DNA of 55,972 bases, filler included, from Dimargaris cristalligena (taxonomy: Eukaryota): assembly GCA_003614675.1 (NCBI GenBank). It is 5 parts of 5 records of this genome, joined end to end, with 100 filler letters (N's around TTAATTAATTAA, not from the genome) between each part and the next. Parts side by side here need not be neighbours in the genome. Positions count along the whole stretch, not along the records: positions 33,695 to 44,798 come from ML003128.1; positions 44,899 to 55,972 come from ML003129.1; 3 more parts are not named here. One strand, given 5' to 3'. The notes under the pieces are model-generated. The model was not told where the DNA came from. It worked only from the letters and a program-made list of their open reading frames with translations, and did no database searches. A program made the translations under genes and the position numbers. Below, in pieces: positions 39,313 to 51,223 of the stretch. How positions within the stretch are numbered: the first letter of the stretch is position 1; each line of letters opens with the position of its first letter.

Positions 39313-40536
39313 TTATTTCTTGGACTTGATCTTCTTGAGGTAGAACTCGAGCTCCTTGCCTTCCAGGATGTAACCGTCAGCGCGACCGCACTGACCGGGA
39401 CGGGAGGCAATGACGGCGTACAGACGACCAGTGACGAACTGCTCCTCGAGGAGGGTATCGACCTTGGCGTTGGACTGGCGCTTGCGGATCTTGTTCAGGA
39501 GCGACTTGGAGCGCTTCTGGGACAGCTCCTCGGAGGCAGCAGCGGCGTCTTCGGTGGCGGACTCGTCGCGCTTCTTGCGGCCGAGGGGCAGCACGTAGTG
39601 CGATTCGTACCACTGACGGAAAGGGGTGGCGTCAACCTGGATCACAGCACCCTTGACCAGAGTGTTGGTACGGACCATCTCGTTGTTGGTGGCGTTGTAC
39701 ACCACGGACACGATACGGCACTTGCGGGTGGTGGATTCGGAACCCCACGAGTAGTTCCCGGACTCCAGACGCATGGCACGGCGCTTGGTGTTGCCACCAC
39801 GGGTACGCACAGTGTGGATGCTCTTGGCGCCGACCTTAGTGCTGGCGGGCTGGCGACCGGATTCGAACTTTCTCTTCTTGCGGTAGAAGGCGCGCTTGGC
39901 ACCTGAAGCGGAGCGCTTATGGCGGGAATCACGGCTAATACCTATTAGGGGGAAAGTCGATTAGAACATTCCGGTTGAAGATGGGCATGGGGAGTACAAG
40001 GGGGATGGTGAAGAGGTTTAGTCTTTGGTCAAGCTGGGCAAAGGGTAACGTGGATCTACAACCAACCGGGGGGATTCGCAGTCGAGATGGGATGCCATGT
40101 CCCTCGGACGAGGCGATTCGGCTCGGCATAAGGTCGGCGTGAGCTGCGCTATGGCATAATAAAGGCCAACAATACCGCAGTGGGGTTGCAAAATGGCAGT
40201 ACCGGTACCTAACCATCCATCCAACCATCCATCCGTCCCGTTAACCAAATCGATCAGCATATTGACCAGGTAACCTTCCAACGAGTTACCGGCAGAGTCA
40301 ACCGATCAATGAGAATGTAAAGTGCTGGACATCGACGGCAGTCGTGTGTTGGGCCGCACGCGAATATGCAAACAGTGAACGTCGGTTATCAGTGGAACGT
40401 GGAATCGATGGTTCACGAGTCGACAGGCGGGACATGGGTTCGGTTGCAGAGACGGGCGTGTGGGTAGGTGGATGGATGGATGGGTAGCGGACGGGAATTC
40501 GGGATATCAACAAATAGGGAATGGGCACATACCCAT
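39313..40536 (-). CDS. RPS8: 40S ribosomal protein S8 (eS8), 2 exons
   Basis: Micro-exon ATGG at 40536-40533, 591-nt intron GTATGT..TAG (40532-39942), exon 2 39941-39313. Translation [56 protein letters not shown]. Confidence 0.96.
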
Positions 40537-41545
40537 TTTGACTGTGTTTCACGAACGACGGTGGCTAAAATCAATCGGACGGGGTGAAAAGAAGGAACTA
40601 AATGTAACTTTGGGCAATGATATTTATGGTCTGTATGTGTGTCCGCTCTCCTTTTTTTGCGGCCCACCCAGTTGGCTGGACCGCGCAGAGAGCATATCAC
40701 CACACCCCTGTTAGCAAAAGGCGGTGGGCCGGTCCACTACGCTATCCAGCGTATAGCAGCCCCAGCCCATGGTACGGGAATTTCAACCGTGGGATATTTA
40801 TTTATGTTCACTATTATTATCTGCTCTTCTGGTGTCCAACAACTAGAACTGCTAAATGTCAGGTGACCTGGAAGCCTGTGCGAGTTGTAGGGAAGGTGTG
40901 TATTTTTCTACTAGTCTATGGGGAAGGCACGCGGTTGGCCCGAGCCATTGTCGTTTACCTCTCTCCAGGCTTATCTTGATACTCTATGCCCAACCCATAT
41001 AGAAGCTAATAATACAAATACCACGGATAATAGCAATAATGAATTATGCCTGTGGTTTCAAAACGGAGAGGAAATAACCTATAGTCCATTCAGTGTAATA
41101 AACTGCGTAGGACATCTCGCCTTAGGTAAAGCAGTGCCTCGGGGCAGAGTAGGGGGGGGAGGGGAACTCCAAGGCCCTCAAGCCTAAACGGCCAGAAATC
41201 CCAAGGTGTGGCAGACGCGCACCCTTTCCATCCTCAGTGCCGTTACTATTCAATTGCAATGCATGGATTTTACGCGACTGTTTCATATCCCCCAACCCAA
41301 GTCTAAATTGGCTCACTCCCTGCTAAAGACAAGTGACACCACTACCTCTTTATCCAGGGTGCATTACACATTAAGAGGGCTATTATTCCTTGGACTTGGT
41401 GTCTGTAATGTATGTTAGCATGGCTGGCTATCCTTTCTACCCTTGAGTTTCAGCCTCCCTTTCTATCAGCTCCGTTGGTACATTCGTCCCTCTTTGTATA
41501 GTTTACCAATAAATACTATTTCACCCACGCCGCCCACCTTCTCCC

Positions 41546-44500
41546 ATGGAGCCACCCGTACCTGACAAGGAAGGCAATGCATTGCCGACTCCACCTCAAC
41601 CTCAACCTCAACCACAACCACAACCCCAATCCAATGTCCAATCACCAGCTCCCGTGGACTCGACAACCCCTTCTGTTACCCCCCTTAAACGCAAGCGCGG
41701 CCGTCCGTCCAAGAATGCCCAAACCCAGCCCGCGTCCCTGCTAGCGCCAGGGGTTATGGATTCCCCCACCGTCACCCCTCTAAAACGCAAGCAAGCACAA
41801 GCCCCTAGGAGCTCGGCCACCCCATTCCCCACCCTATCCACCACATTAGCCAGTCCCACGCGGGAACGACAGTCCATTTTATCCTTTTTTACTCCCGGGC
41901 ACCGCCAACCGAGACCGGCGGCCCCCACCCCACTACCGCCTACCACTGCGCCGGTCGGCACTCCGTCACCTTCGCCTCTACCCCCGGTTGTCTTCAAACG
42001 ACCCCGTGGTCGACCACCCAAGAACGGCTATGATAATCAACTCCAGGCAAGTGATACGATGATACCTTCGCCGTCACCCGCCCGTAATCAGCCCACATCC
42101 CAACAGCAATCGCTGCGATGGAACCAATCGGCTAGCCTTACGTCTCCCACCTCACCAACTCCTATCACTGCTAAATCACCCGTGCTTACCCCCACGCCCG
42201 CCAGACGACCCCCAGGTCGACCTCCAAAGAATACGCAAACTCCAGTCACCAATGGTAGTGCCGATACTCCTACTACAGTCCGATCGAGCTCAGCCAGACG
42301 GGGCCTGCCCGCATTGGATCGATTCTTACAGGCCCAGCCGGCCCAGGCTAGTCTGTCGCCCCCGACACCGACCCCCGATCCACCAGTCATCGAACCTCAG
42401 TCCACCCCTCCAACTATATCGAACCAGCCGGACAATTCGCCGGCGGTTAATGAAGCTCCTGAATCTACCCCAGCTGGGCGTGGTCGAGGAAGGGGGCGAG
42501 GTCGCGGGCGGGGTAGGGGTAGGGGTGCGGCCAGATCCACGCCTGGGCCCTCTGATGCACTACCCATCGCTTCGACTTCTAATGATTCTGAACCAACCCC
42601 ACTGACACCGGGAAGCAAGGGCCGCGGCCGAGGTCGAGGAAGGGGTGCGGCTATATCCACGCCCGAACCCTCTGATGCACCACCCGTCGCTTCGGCTCCT
42701 AATGGTTCCGAATCAACCCTATCGACACCAAGCAGCAGGGGTCGTGGTCGCGGTCGAGGCCGAGGCCGAGGAAGAGGCGCCAGCGATACTCCATCTACGC
42801 GAGGCCGTGGAAGAGGGCGACCTTCTCAAAACGGACCCATCGGTGGTTCCGCACGACCGACCCGTCCGGAAAAATCAGACGAAAGTGACTACGCGGAAGA
42901 GTCCGACGAGGGAGGGGCGTCCGATCATGACGTGGCCAGTGCTGCGACCAGCAGTGATTTCGAAGTGCTATCCGAGGGTCCACCATCCCCTCGACCCCGG
43001 AACCTACCGACGACGCCTAGCCAGCCAGGGGGGGCCGTTATGGCCCGGAAAATGCGCACGCTGGCACTGGCCTATGGTCCCGGCAAAGACGCCGGCTTAA
43101 GTATTGTCACCCATCCCTGGGCCCGGGAGAAGGGTACCGAATCCCTCACCCAGTGCGGTGATCATGGGCAAGGGGAACCCGCCGAGCATACACTGACCTT
43201 CAAGCCGGCCCTATACATTGACCCGTACGCATCGGTTCGCCTAACCCAGGCCCAAATAACCTACGTCCCCCTAGCCAAGGCAGCCGCCCTGTGGCAACTT
43301 CCCTCCATGACCCGCAAGGTCCAAGAAGCCCCGGCGCCCCCCGCTGCTAAACAGGGGAGTGCACTGAAAGGTGAACATGACCCCGCCACCCTGGAGTTAC
43401 CCGCACTGGAAGCCCGGCCTTTGGCCAGTGGCCGAGGTTATATTCTGAACACCGGTTTACCCATTTGGGGGCTCGACTGGCGACCCGATTTTACGGCACC
43501 CGTCACCGACCAGTACTTGGCAACCGCCGGGTTTACCTCCTGGACACAGGTAGAAATGGCCGGAACCGTTCAACAACCCCCCTCCTCCGGCTGTATCCAC
43601 ATTTGGCGGGTGTCCAATCGCTATCGGTCCACACTTAAGCCCCCGGCCAAGGCCGCCCCGGACGACGAGTCGGTGGAGGGGGTGGTGGCACCTAGGGTGG
43701 TCCTTACTTTACTTCACGAGTACGGCAGCGTCCGGGATTTACAGTGGGCACCGATTTTCTACCCTGGCCAGACCGGCGGTGGTGGTGGTGGAGGGACGGC
43801 CCCCGCCGACCCGAATGGGGGGTCAGACTCCGTACCTAACCTCGGTATCCTGGCAGTGACTTTCGGGGACGGGCGATTGTGCGTGTTCCCGGTACCCGAC
43901 CCCTCCTACCTTGAGCCAATCGCCGCACCGACCCCAGCGGCATCCCCCCAGGGCCACCAGACACCGGCTTCCCGCTCACCCATCTGCATCCAACTGCCAC
44001 CACCCGTCCTTGTCCACCAACACCCCTACCGGAGCTATCACTCGCTCAGCTGGGGAAATGCCACCACTTTGGCAGTAGGGTCCACCGACGGAACCGTACT
44101 CATCTGGAACCTCCGCCCACTCGTCCAGGAGTGGCACCAACGGGATAGCAAATCAGGGGGAGGGGGAGGTGATGACCTTGCCATGACTGCGCCCCCGGCC
44201 CCAACAGTCGATACAGCATCGGTGGGGAAACAGTACCGCAAACAACTACCGATTCTCCAAATCCCTGCCCACCACGCTACCATTCGGCGCGTGTCTTTTA
44301 GTCCCCACTATTCCCTCCTCTACCCCGACCGGGACGTCCTACCCGAGCACTTATTAACCTGCGCCGAAGACGGACGGATCAGCCAATACCGCTTGGCCGA
44401 CCCCGAATTCCCCGTGGAAACGATCCGCCAGCGCCTCCCCATTGACTGTGCGGGCTGGCACCGGTCGGGACGCCTGCGGCTTCACCAGGAGTTTACCTGT

Positions 44501-44798
44501 GCGCTCCGGGCCATCCTCCTGGACGAAATCCCTAACCCCCGCAGTCGGCGCCAAAAACACCAAGAAAGGGGCAAGCTGAGCAAGCAGACCGCCAAGCAAA
44601 ACCCAAAAGGGGATGCTGATAACGAGGACGGCGAAGGAGAAGACGACGGCGCCAATAGTGACGAAATAGCATGGCTCGCTACCAGCCACGCTGGGACTAT
44701 CCTAGATATCGACTCGTCGTACTTTTGTAATTATTTGGCATCGGCGGGTACGGATGGCCTAGTAAGAGTCATTAATTTTACCGGGGCCATCGATGGGC
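41546..44798 (+). CDS. TFIIIC tauB WD40 subunit (GTF3C2/Tfc6-like) with AT-hooks, 3'-truncated
   Basis: AT-hooks KRKRGRPSK, RPRGRPPK and PGRPPK. Tfc6/GTF3C2-type blocks ILNTGLPIWGLDW, QYLATAG, GCIHIWRV, VRDLQWAP, LGILAVTFGDG and LAVGSTDGTVLIWNL. Confidence 0.8.
42521..42760 (+). repeat. Coding tandem duplication: 2 x 120-bp units (40 aa) bounded by (GR)n runs
   Basis: 42521-42640 and 42641-42760 align in register: GAARSTPGPSDALPIASTSNDSEPTPLTPGSKGRGRGRG versus GAAISTPEPSDAPPVASAPNGSESTLSTPSSRGRGRGRG. Confidence 0.85.
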
Positions 44799-44898
44799 NN
44801 NNNNNNNNNNNNNNNNNNNNNNNNNNNNNNNNNNNNNNNNNNTTAATTAATTAANNNNNNNNNNNNNNNNNNNNNNNNNNNNNNNNNNNNNNNNNNNN
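44799..44898. other. Artificial contig-join linker
   Basis: N44-TTAATTAATTAA-N44. Confidence 0.97.
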
Positions 44899-45429
44899 GT
44901 ACCCCCTCCCCATCGCAATATAGGCCAAGTCTCCTTGGCTTATGTTGGCAGCGATGGATGGGTGGATAATATAGGGGGGGGAAGGTTATGTCCGTCCTCT
45001 AAAGGTCACGTGACCTAAATATGATGGCCCCCCTATATGGATTTTACCCTATATAGTCGGGTTGAACTTTACCCAATATTTCCATATCAACTCCTCCGCT
45101 ATACTTAAAGTTAGGGCCAGATGGGGTGTTTGCAGTGGGGTTTTTTAATATCCACATCTATATAGTTATTGTATGTCCACTGTACATTTTGATGCATTAC
45201 TTTTAAGTTGTTGCCACATGGTTATCCTACAGCATAACTGATTATTACTACCAGCTCTTGACCCTCCAGTTTTATAGAAGTGTGTTTCAATCTAGCCTTA
45301 TAGTACAGATTGTACTGGGAAAAACAAAATTGCTGGCTAAAATAGGAGTTTCCTCTGAATTCCACCAGATATTTTAGTCAAACTCCAATATAATTGTACT
45401 GAATTTCGCTTATTTTTGCCACCCTTGCT

Positions 45430-45715
45430 TGTCCAACAACCCCCCAGCTCTTAGAATACCTCCTCTGAATCAGTGACTGTTTTATCTTCCCCGCTGCTGC
45501 TTTATTATTATAACTCTTCCTGGTTTATGATGACTGCTCCCTCCCTCTCTCTCTCTCACCCTTTCCATGTGTCTTCATTTGTCCCAGCATAACTTATATG
45601 TGATTACCTGTCTCTTGAATTTCCCAATAACTTATTATTATTATTTTGATATTGGCAGCTCGCGCTTCTCGAATTGGTCGCCGCATCCTGCGTGGTATTA
45701 TACTCCCATTTCATT
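45430..45715 (+). repeat. Dispersed repeat copy A (about 285 bp), inverted relative to 54585-54850
   Basis: Shares CTTAGAATACCTCCTCTGAATCAGTGACTGTTTTATCTTCCC exactly, and TCCCAGCATAA.TTATATGTGATTACCT nearly, with the reverse complement of 54585-54850. Confidence 0.85.
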
Positions 45716-46949
45716 AAGAAATGTGGGTGAAATTCAACTCGCCCTTGTGGACTTCGATTAAGAATCTAGGCAGGTAAAGTATTGTTATCTAGATATTTTA
45801 TTATATAATTGGTCGCATCAAAAGGCCTTTTCGCTTTTCAGTCGAATATGAACACGGCCCATGAATACTATTTACAATCTAGGCCAGTACTCCAGCATCA
45901 GTGTTGCTCAACTGCTGAATTTTTCTTCGAAATGAATGAGAGTTCACTGTTGGGGATGGCCCAATTGGTATGCCATAACAGTGGGTAATACAGTTCGGGT
46001 CGAAAAAATAAGCACGCTAATGGCGAAGCTAGCTGACCCTATTTCCCCCCAATCAGTCTGGGGAAAGTCGCCAAGAAGTGGAAATGGGGTTCATGGTCAT
46101 ACGTCAGCCGGGTATATTTATAGCCGCGCCCCTGGACATCCCTGATGGTTTTAGGAATCGTTCCATTGCAGGGATTTATTTTTGTGCATGTTGTGTAGGA
46201 ATTATCGGCGGGATTAAGTAGGGAGGTGGGTGTTGCTTGTCAATGAAATATCCAGCTTTGTTGAAGGCTGTCGTAGCCGGAAATGTAGGCTTTTAGATGG
46301 AAAATGGGCCACAATTTGTTAGCAACTAGTTAATATAGCGAGGAATTGGAGATGACCGAACCCGTTTTTTCTTGGTTACTCACAAATGATGCGTGCGTCA
46401 GCCATTGGTGGGGGAATGGGGGTTTACGAGGCGTCGAAATTGGGGGGGAGTCGTTGCCACAGACTAGTTGCTATTGGCTGCGCTCTGGCGGGTTTGTTTT
46501 GGCTGATCACATCCATCGTGGGCTTTATCTGCCAATACCCACAACGGCGGGCTATTGTTTCTGGGTGTATATCGTTTGGCTATATATGGCGCAGGGCATT
46601 TAGGGGGAGAAAACATTCCTTTTTGCAAGGGCTGGCCAATGTATTTGAGCCGATGGACATTTGCTTTATATCGCACTACACTGTCTCCAATCAATGAGAG
46701 AGAGCACTCCATAAGAGTACCGATGACAGTGCAATAAAAGAGAGATATCATCGCTCTCACACATGGGGTTGAGTGCGTTGCTTTATAATTTCCGACTGAC
46801 CTAAATACTATCTATTGTTTCCAGGTTTCTTCCACTAGTGTCTCTAGCCCATCTCTTTCCTAGGTTCCCCCCCTCCGTCTGTAACATCCACCACTACTCA
46901 TTCTCAGTTAGCACCCTTTCCTCCCCGCCCTTTTCGACCTAGTGTGAGC

Positions 46950-48251
46950 ATGGGTCGTCTCACCCCTCTCTCTACTCACTCTTCCGAGGCCATCGAGCGC
47001 ACTTCCCTCCTTCCGACCGCTGGCGCTTCTCCACCGAACTACGGCACCGACCAACGGGCCTCAACTCCCCCGGCGGGCGACCAGGCCGCTGCGAACGAAG
47101 GCAGTGCCGACGCCGTCACCACGGTGGACGTTAGCCCCTTTTACGATCCCCTCAAGCTATCCGACCGCTTCAAATCCCCCGAGGAGTTGGAACGGATCCG
47201 CAAAACCCAGCCCGGTCCCGTGTACGACTTTTACGTGAGCCAAAATTCGCACATTGAGGAACTCCTCTTTACCTCCCCGGAAAACCGCATATCGGGCCAG
47301 TCCACGCCGTTTGAAAATTCCCTACAGGCCCAACTCGAGAATGACTTTGAGGCGGAGGAGGCGAGGCTGCGTAAGGTCCAGTGGGCCGTTCACCTGTCGG
47401 TCGGGGCCAACGTGGTCCTGTTCCTGGTCCAGCTAGCCGCCGCCATTAGTTCGGGTTCGCTGTCCCTGTTTGCCACTATGGCCGACGCTTTCATGGACCT
47501 CCTGTCCAGCGTGATTTTACTCATGACTAGCTGGGCCATGGCTAAACGCAACCAAGTGAAGTACCCCACTGGCAAAGCTCGGTTAGAGACCGGCGGTATT
47601 ATCGTCTTCTCGTCGCTCATGGCGACGCTGTCGGTCCAACTTATCGTGGAGAGTATCAAGTCCCTCATCTCCGGCGAACATGAGCAAAATGTCACCTGGT
47701 TTAGCATCATCTCGATCATGGGGGCCTGGGTGACCAAATTCGGGCTTTACCTGTACTGTCAGGCCCTCAATAAATACCCCAGTGCCCGCATCCTGGCCCA
47801 AGACCACTTCAATGACCTCATCGTCAACGCCTTTGGTCTAACCATGTGCTTGCTGGGGACCCATATGAGCTGGTGGATCGACCCCGTTGGTGGTATCCTG
47901 GTGGCCTTAATTATCCTGCGCTCCTGGTCACTCACCGCTTTTGAGCATGTTATCCTGATTGTGGGTAAAACCGCCGACCCCGCTTTCTTGCAGAAAATCA
48001 CCTATATCGCCTTGACCCATGACCCCCGCATCATGGAAATCGATACCTGTCGGGCCTACCACTTGGGCCACAATCTGTACGTCGAGGTAGATATTGTGAT
48101 GCCACCCGAAACGCCCCTCCATGTGAGCCATGATATCGGTGAAAGCCTGCAGTTCAAGCTGGAAAAATTGGACAATGTCGAACGGGCCTTTGTTCATGTC
48201 GATTACGAAAGCGAGCATCACCCTGAGCACAACGGAGAACGCAGTGTATAA
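46950..48251 (+). CDS. Cation diffusion facilitator, Mn-CDF clade (MTP8-11-like), intronless
   Basis: SGSLSLFATMADAFMDLLS (TM2 DxxxD), KYPTGKARLE, AQDHFND (TM5 DxxxD), WWIDPVGG, and a C-terminal ZT-dimer domain (SHDIGESLQFKLEKLDNVERAFVHVDYE). Confidence 0.92.
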   Translation: MGRLTPLSTHSSEAIERTSLLPTAGASPPNYGTDQRASTPPAGDQAAANEGSADAVTTVDVSPFYDPLKLSDRFKSPEELERIRKTQPGPVYDFYVSQNSHIEELLFTSPENRISGQSTPFENSLQAQLENDFEAEEARLRKVQWAVHLSVGANVVLFLVQLAAAISSGSLSLFATMADAFMDLLSSVILLMTSWAMAKRNQVKYPTGKARLETGGIIVFSSLMATLSVQLIVESIKSLISGEHEQNVTWFSIISIMGAWVTKFGLYLYCQALNKYPSARILAQDHFNDLIVNAFGLTMCLLGTHMSWWIDPVGGILVALIILRSWSLTAFEHVILIVGKTADPAFLQKITYIALTHDPRIMEIDTCRAYHLGHNLYVEVDIVMPPETPLHVSHDIGESLQFKLEKLDNVERAFVHVDYESEHHPEHNGERSV

Positions 48252-48848
48252 TACCTATATATTAAAGGGCTGAAAAGAACCCCGCCCACTTGTTTAGATG
48301 AGACCTCCTAGCCGTGGTCACAGGGCACGTCAATGGGGGAATAGCTAGCTATATATCCATCGACCCCATCCTATATTAACGATTGCTGCCCCTCTCCTTC
48401 TATTGGATTGTTTGACGACTCCAACCGCGACTGGTGCATCTTTTGATTCGGCTTTTATAGAAACATCTAAGAAATCCTCCTAAAAATACCAACCTTTTTC
48501 TTTATTTAACTTTTTCTAATGGCCCTACATTAAAGGCATCCCGTATCATTCTTCAAACTATTTAATTACCCCTCAATGCATTTTCAGATCTGTTCGAATA
48601 TTGCATATATATTTTATTTATGTTCCGTACATTCTCTTAAATCCTTTTTGAAAAAATATATATTAAAAAAAAAACAGCTTTTATCCATGTCAGCTATATT
48701 ACCATGAAGGGAGATTAAACAGACACGCCTGCGTCAAACTCTCTATCCGGTAGCAGTGAATGAATCTGTACAGTCCTCTACTGATCGACAGTCACGGGCA
48801 TTGTTGTTTACTTTACCCTGTCTTCATTGGAATTCGTGGTCGAGTATT

Positions 48849-49676
48849 TTAGTTATCCTTATTGGGACTACTTTCATCATCCAACACTTCCTTGACATTG
48901 CGCAGGAGTTCAGAAATCACGGGGAATCCCAGGAAAAAAGTGCCTGCGATATACTTGGCGGCCACCGTCCGAGTCATGTAGCCGGGGGCCAAAATCAGCA
49001 CCACCACACAGGTCATTCCGGCCGCCATCATTTCGAAAATATGGGCAGCCAAAGCAAAGAGGCCGATGGCGTTGACTATCCGTTGGGTCAAATAATTGCG
49101 TATCTCGGCCAGCGGTGAAATGGGCTGGGAACTGACAATCATATGCACTAGGGCTGTTAATAGGATCAGAATGATGGCTGAGGGGATTTGGGCCGGCGGC
49201 ACAAAGGGGACTTGTTTGTGGGCCGGGACTTGGCTCATCGTTTGGGAGACGATACCCGTACGGGCCTCGTCAAAAAGGTCGGTGAAACTAGCCGGGATGT
49301 CGTCTTCGTCCTGTAGCGGGTTGCGGAAGACGATGCGGACCTGCTGGGGGCCATTGGGGACCACAGGGGACTTGGTTAGGGGTGAGGATGGTTTAGCGCT
49401 GGCAGCCGCCGTACCAGGAGGAGACGAGGGTCCTACACGGTGGTATTCCAGAGTACAGCCCTGCGAATCGATGTCTATAATACGGGGGTCCCGGACCTGT
49501 TCTACGTGGGCAAAGTGGCGGCACAGGACTTCCAAGGTCGACCCGTATCGCTTGTTCAGAATGGGGAGTAAATCGAGAGCGGACTGGGCAATCGGGTCAC
49601 GTTCCGGGCGGCGCTGGTGGAGACCCGGATGCTCGGTGGCCGAGAAGGAAAAGGCCCGGGAGTGGACTGTGGTCAT
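48849..49676 (-). CDS. DUF2470-like domain + C-terminal TMEM254-like transmembrane region
   Basis: 275-aa ORF. The segment LCRHFAHV..PRIIDIDSQGCTLEY..VRIVFRNPL..SFTDLFDEA fits DUF2470. It is followed by 3-4 hydrophobic helices including AHIFE and TFFLGFP. Confidence 0.65.
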   Translation of the reverse strand: MTTVHSRAFSFSATEHPGLHQRRPERDPIAQSALDLLPILNKRYGSTLEVLCRHFAHVEQVRDPRIIDIDSQGCTLEYHRVGPSSPPGTAAASAKPSSPLTKSPVVPNGPQQVRIVFRNPLQDEDDIPASFTDLFDEARTGIVSQTMSQVPAHKQVPFVPPAQIPSAIILILLTALVHMIVSSQPISPLAEIRNYLTQRIVNAIGLFALAAHIFEMMAAGMTCVVVLILAPGYMTRTVAAKYIAGTFFLGFPVISELLRNVKEVLDDESSPNKDN

Positions 49677-51223
49677 GGCTAGATGTGGGGGATGTTATTA
49701 GGTGGAAGGGAGGAAACGCGAGAAGGTTGCTCAAAAGGAGAGTGGGAATGTTGAAAGGCGAAATGGGGCAATTCGGTTGAAGTAATAAGGCGGAACTGGG
49801 GAATAGCGAGTGTGGAAGAAGAACAGGTAGAGTATATATGCGCCCCAGCGCCAAGAAATCGAGGAGCTTTTGCATTCACAGGATAATAGGGAGGGGAGGG
49901 AAGTTACTAGTTATTTCACTGAGTCCATGATTGAGGTCATTGCGCCTTTTCGCAGCGTCGTGCAGCGTACCATTCTCTACTAACTAACTAACTGGTCGAC
50001 ACGCACGTATTATGAGGTACCCAGCCCATCGAATAGGGCGGGGCCCTCCCTCCCTCCTCTGCTAACCGCAATAAATGTGGACAGCTGTTCTCTAATGGCT
50101 GGTTAAAAAGGGACCACCCCGCCTGTTATAAAATAGTCTGTCCATTAAGCCACCCGTATAGTAACCCTAACTCCCGGTGCGTGCGGTTATACATGCCGAT
50201 TATTCGCTTAGTCCTGGTTTGGCCCAAGCATGATGATTAGTTGCCATTTCTAATTTGCACCAATCAGTTAAGGACCCTCGGAAATGACTGAGATTTGGGT
50301 GCAGAAATGTGTTTAGCATCCACTAAAAGGTATATTATTATTATTTCGAACATTCCATGTTCTGCGCCTTTGAATAGAAGCCCTGGTTTTCACATTGTAT
50401 ACATACAAAAGCAGTAAAATAGTATATATATTGTATATCTCCTTTTCACCCTGCACACATGGATGGCTCTTAGCCATAGTGGCATTTATATCAACTACTT
50501 GTCCTTGCTTATCCACACTTGACCATGTGTACGCCTTTGGGCTATTCAATTGGTGGTGAGATGGGTGTAGTTCATATATTGGTGCCTTTCTTGGTAGAGG
50601 TGGTGTATACTACTAGCCCCCCTTTAGCCCAGACCACACAATATAAAAAAACTCGATGTCTTCTTCATACACCACTTTCTTACACCCCCCTAGATACTAT
50701 TCGAAGGAGCTCCGTGTAATTCTATTCTTGGCTAGAGAGGCCTTTGGGCCAACTAAGAAGGAGCATGGCTCATTTCATTTTCTTCACTGGGGCTATATTT
50801 ATACCACAGTGACATCATCAATGCCCCTAAATAGGTCACGTGCTACAAATAGCCCCAGAGCTCATATCGTTTTACATAGGTGGGATTACATGGTATATAC
50901 TACCTTTTAAAATGAGAGCTGCCGCAGTCGTCGATTTCGTCACAGGTCGAATTGGAGGGTTGCCTTGCCACATAAGGTTCCATTGTTCACATGACATTTC
51001 TATAGTGAAGTTTAACCAGACAATGAATGGTCTCATGTTTAGCATGGGACATCAACTACAATATTTTGCTCGCCTTATTACTCTACAGGCCTTTGTCAGT
51101 TCCCCAATTGCCTCGTTCGTTGTACCTTTTTTTTTTTTTGCAATACCTAATACTCACATCGTTAGCAACGAGTTCCCTCTCCCACATTCACCGTCGAATG
51201 AACACATACCAGAACCCGACGGC

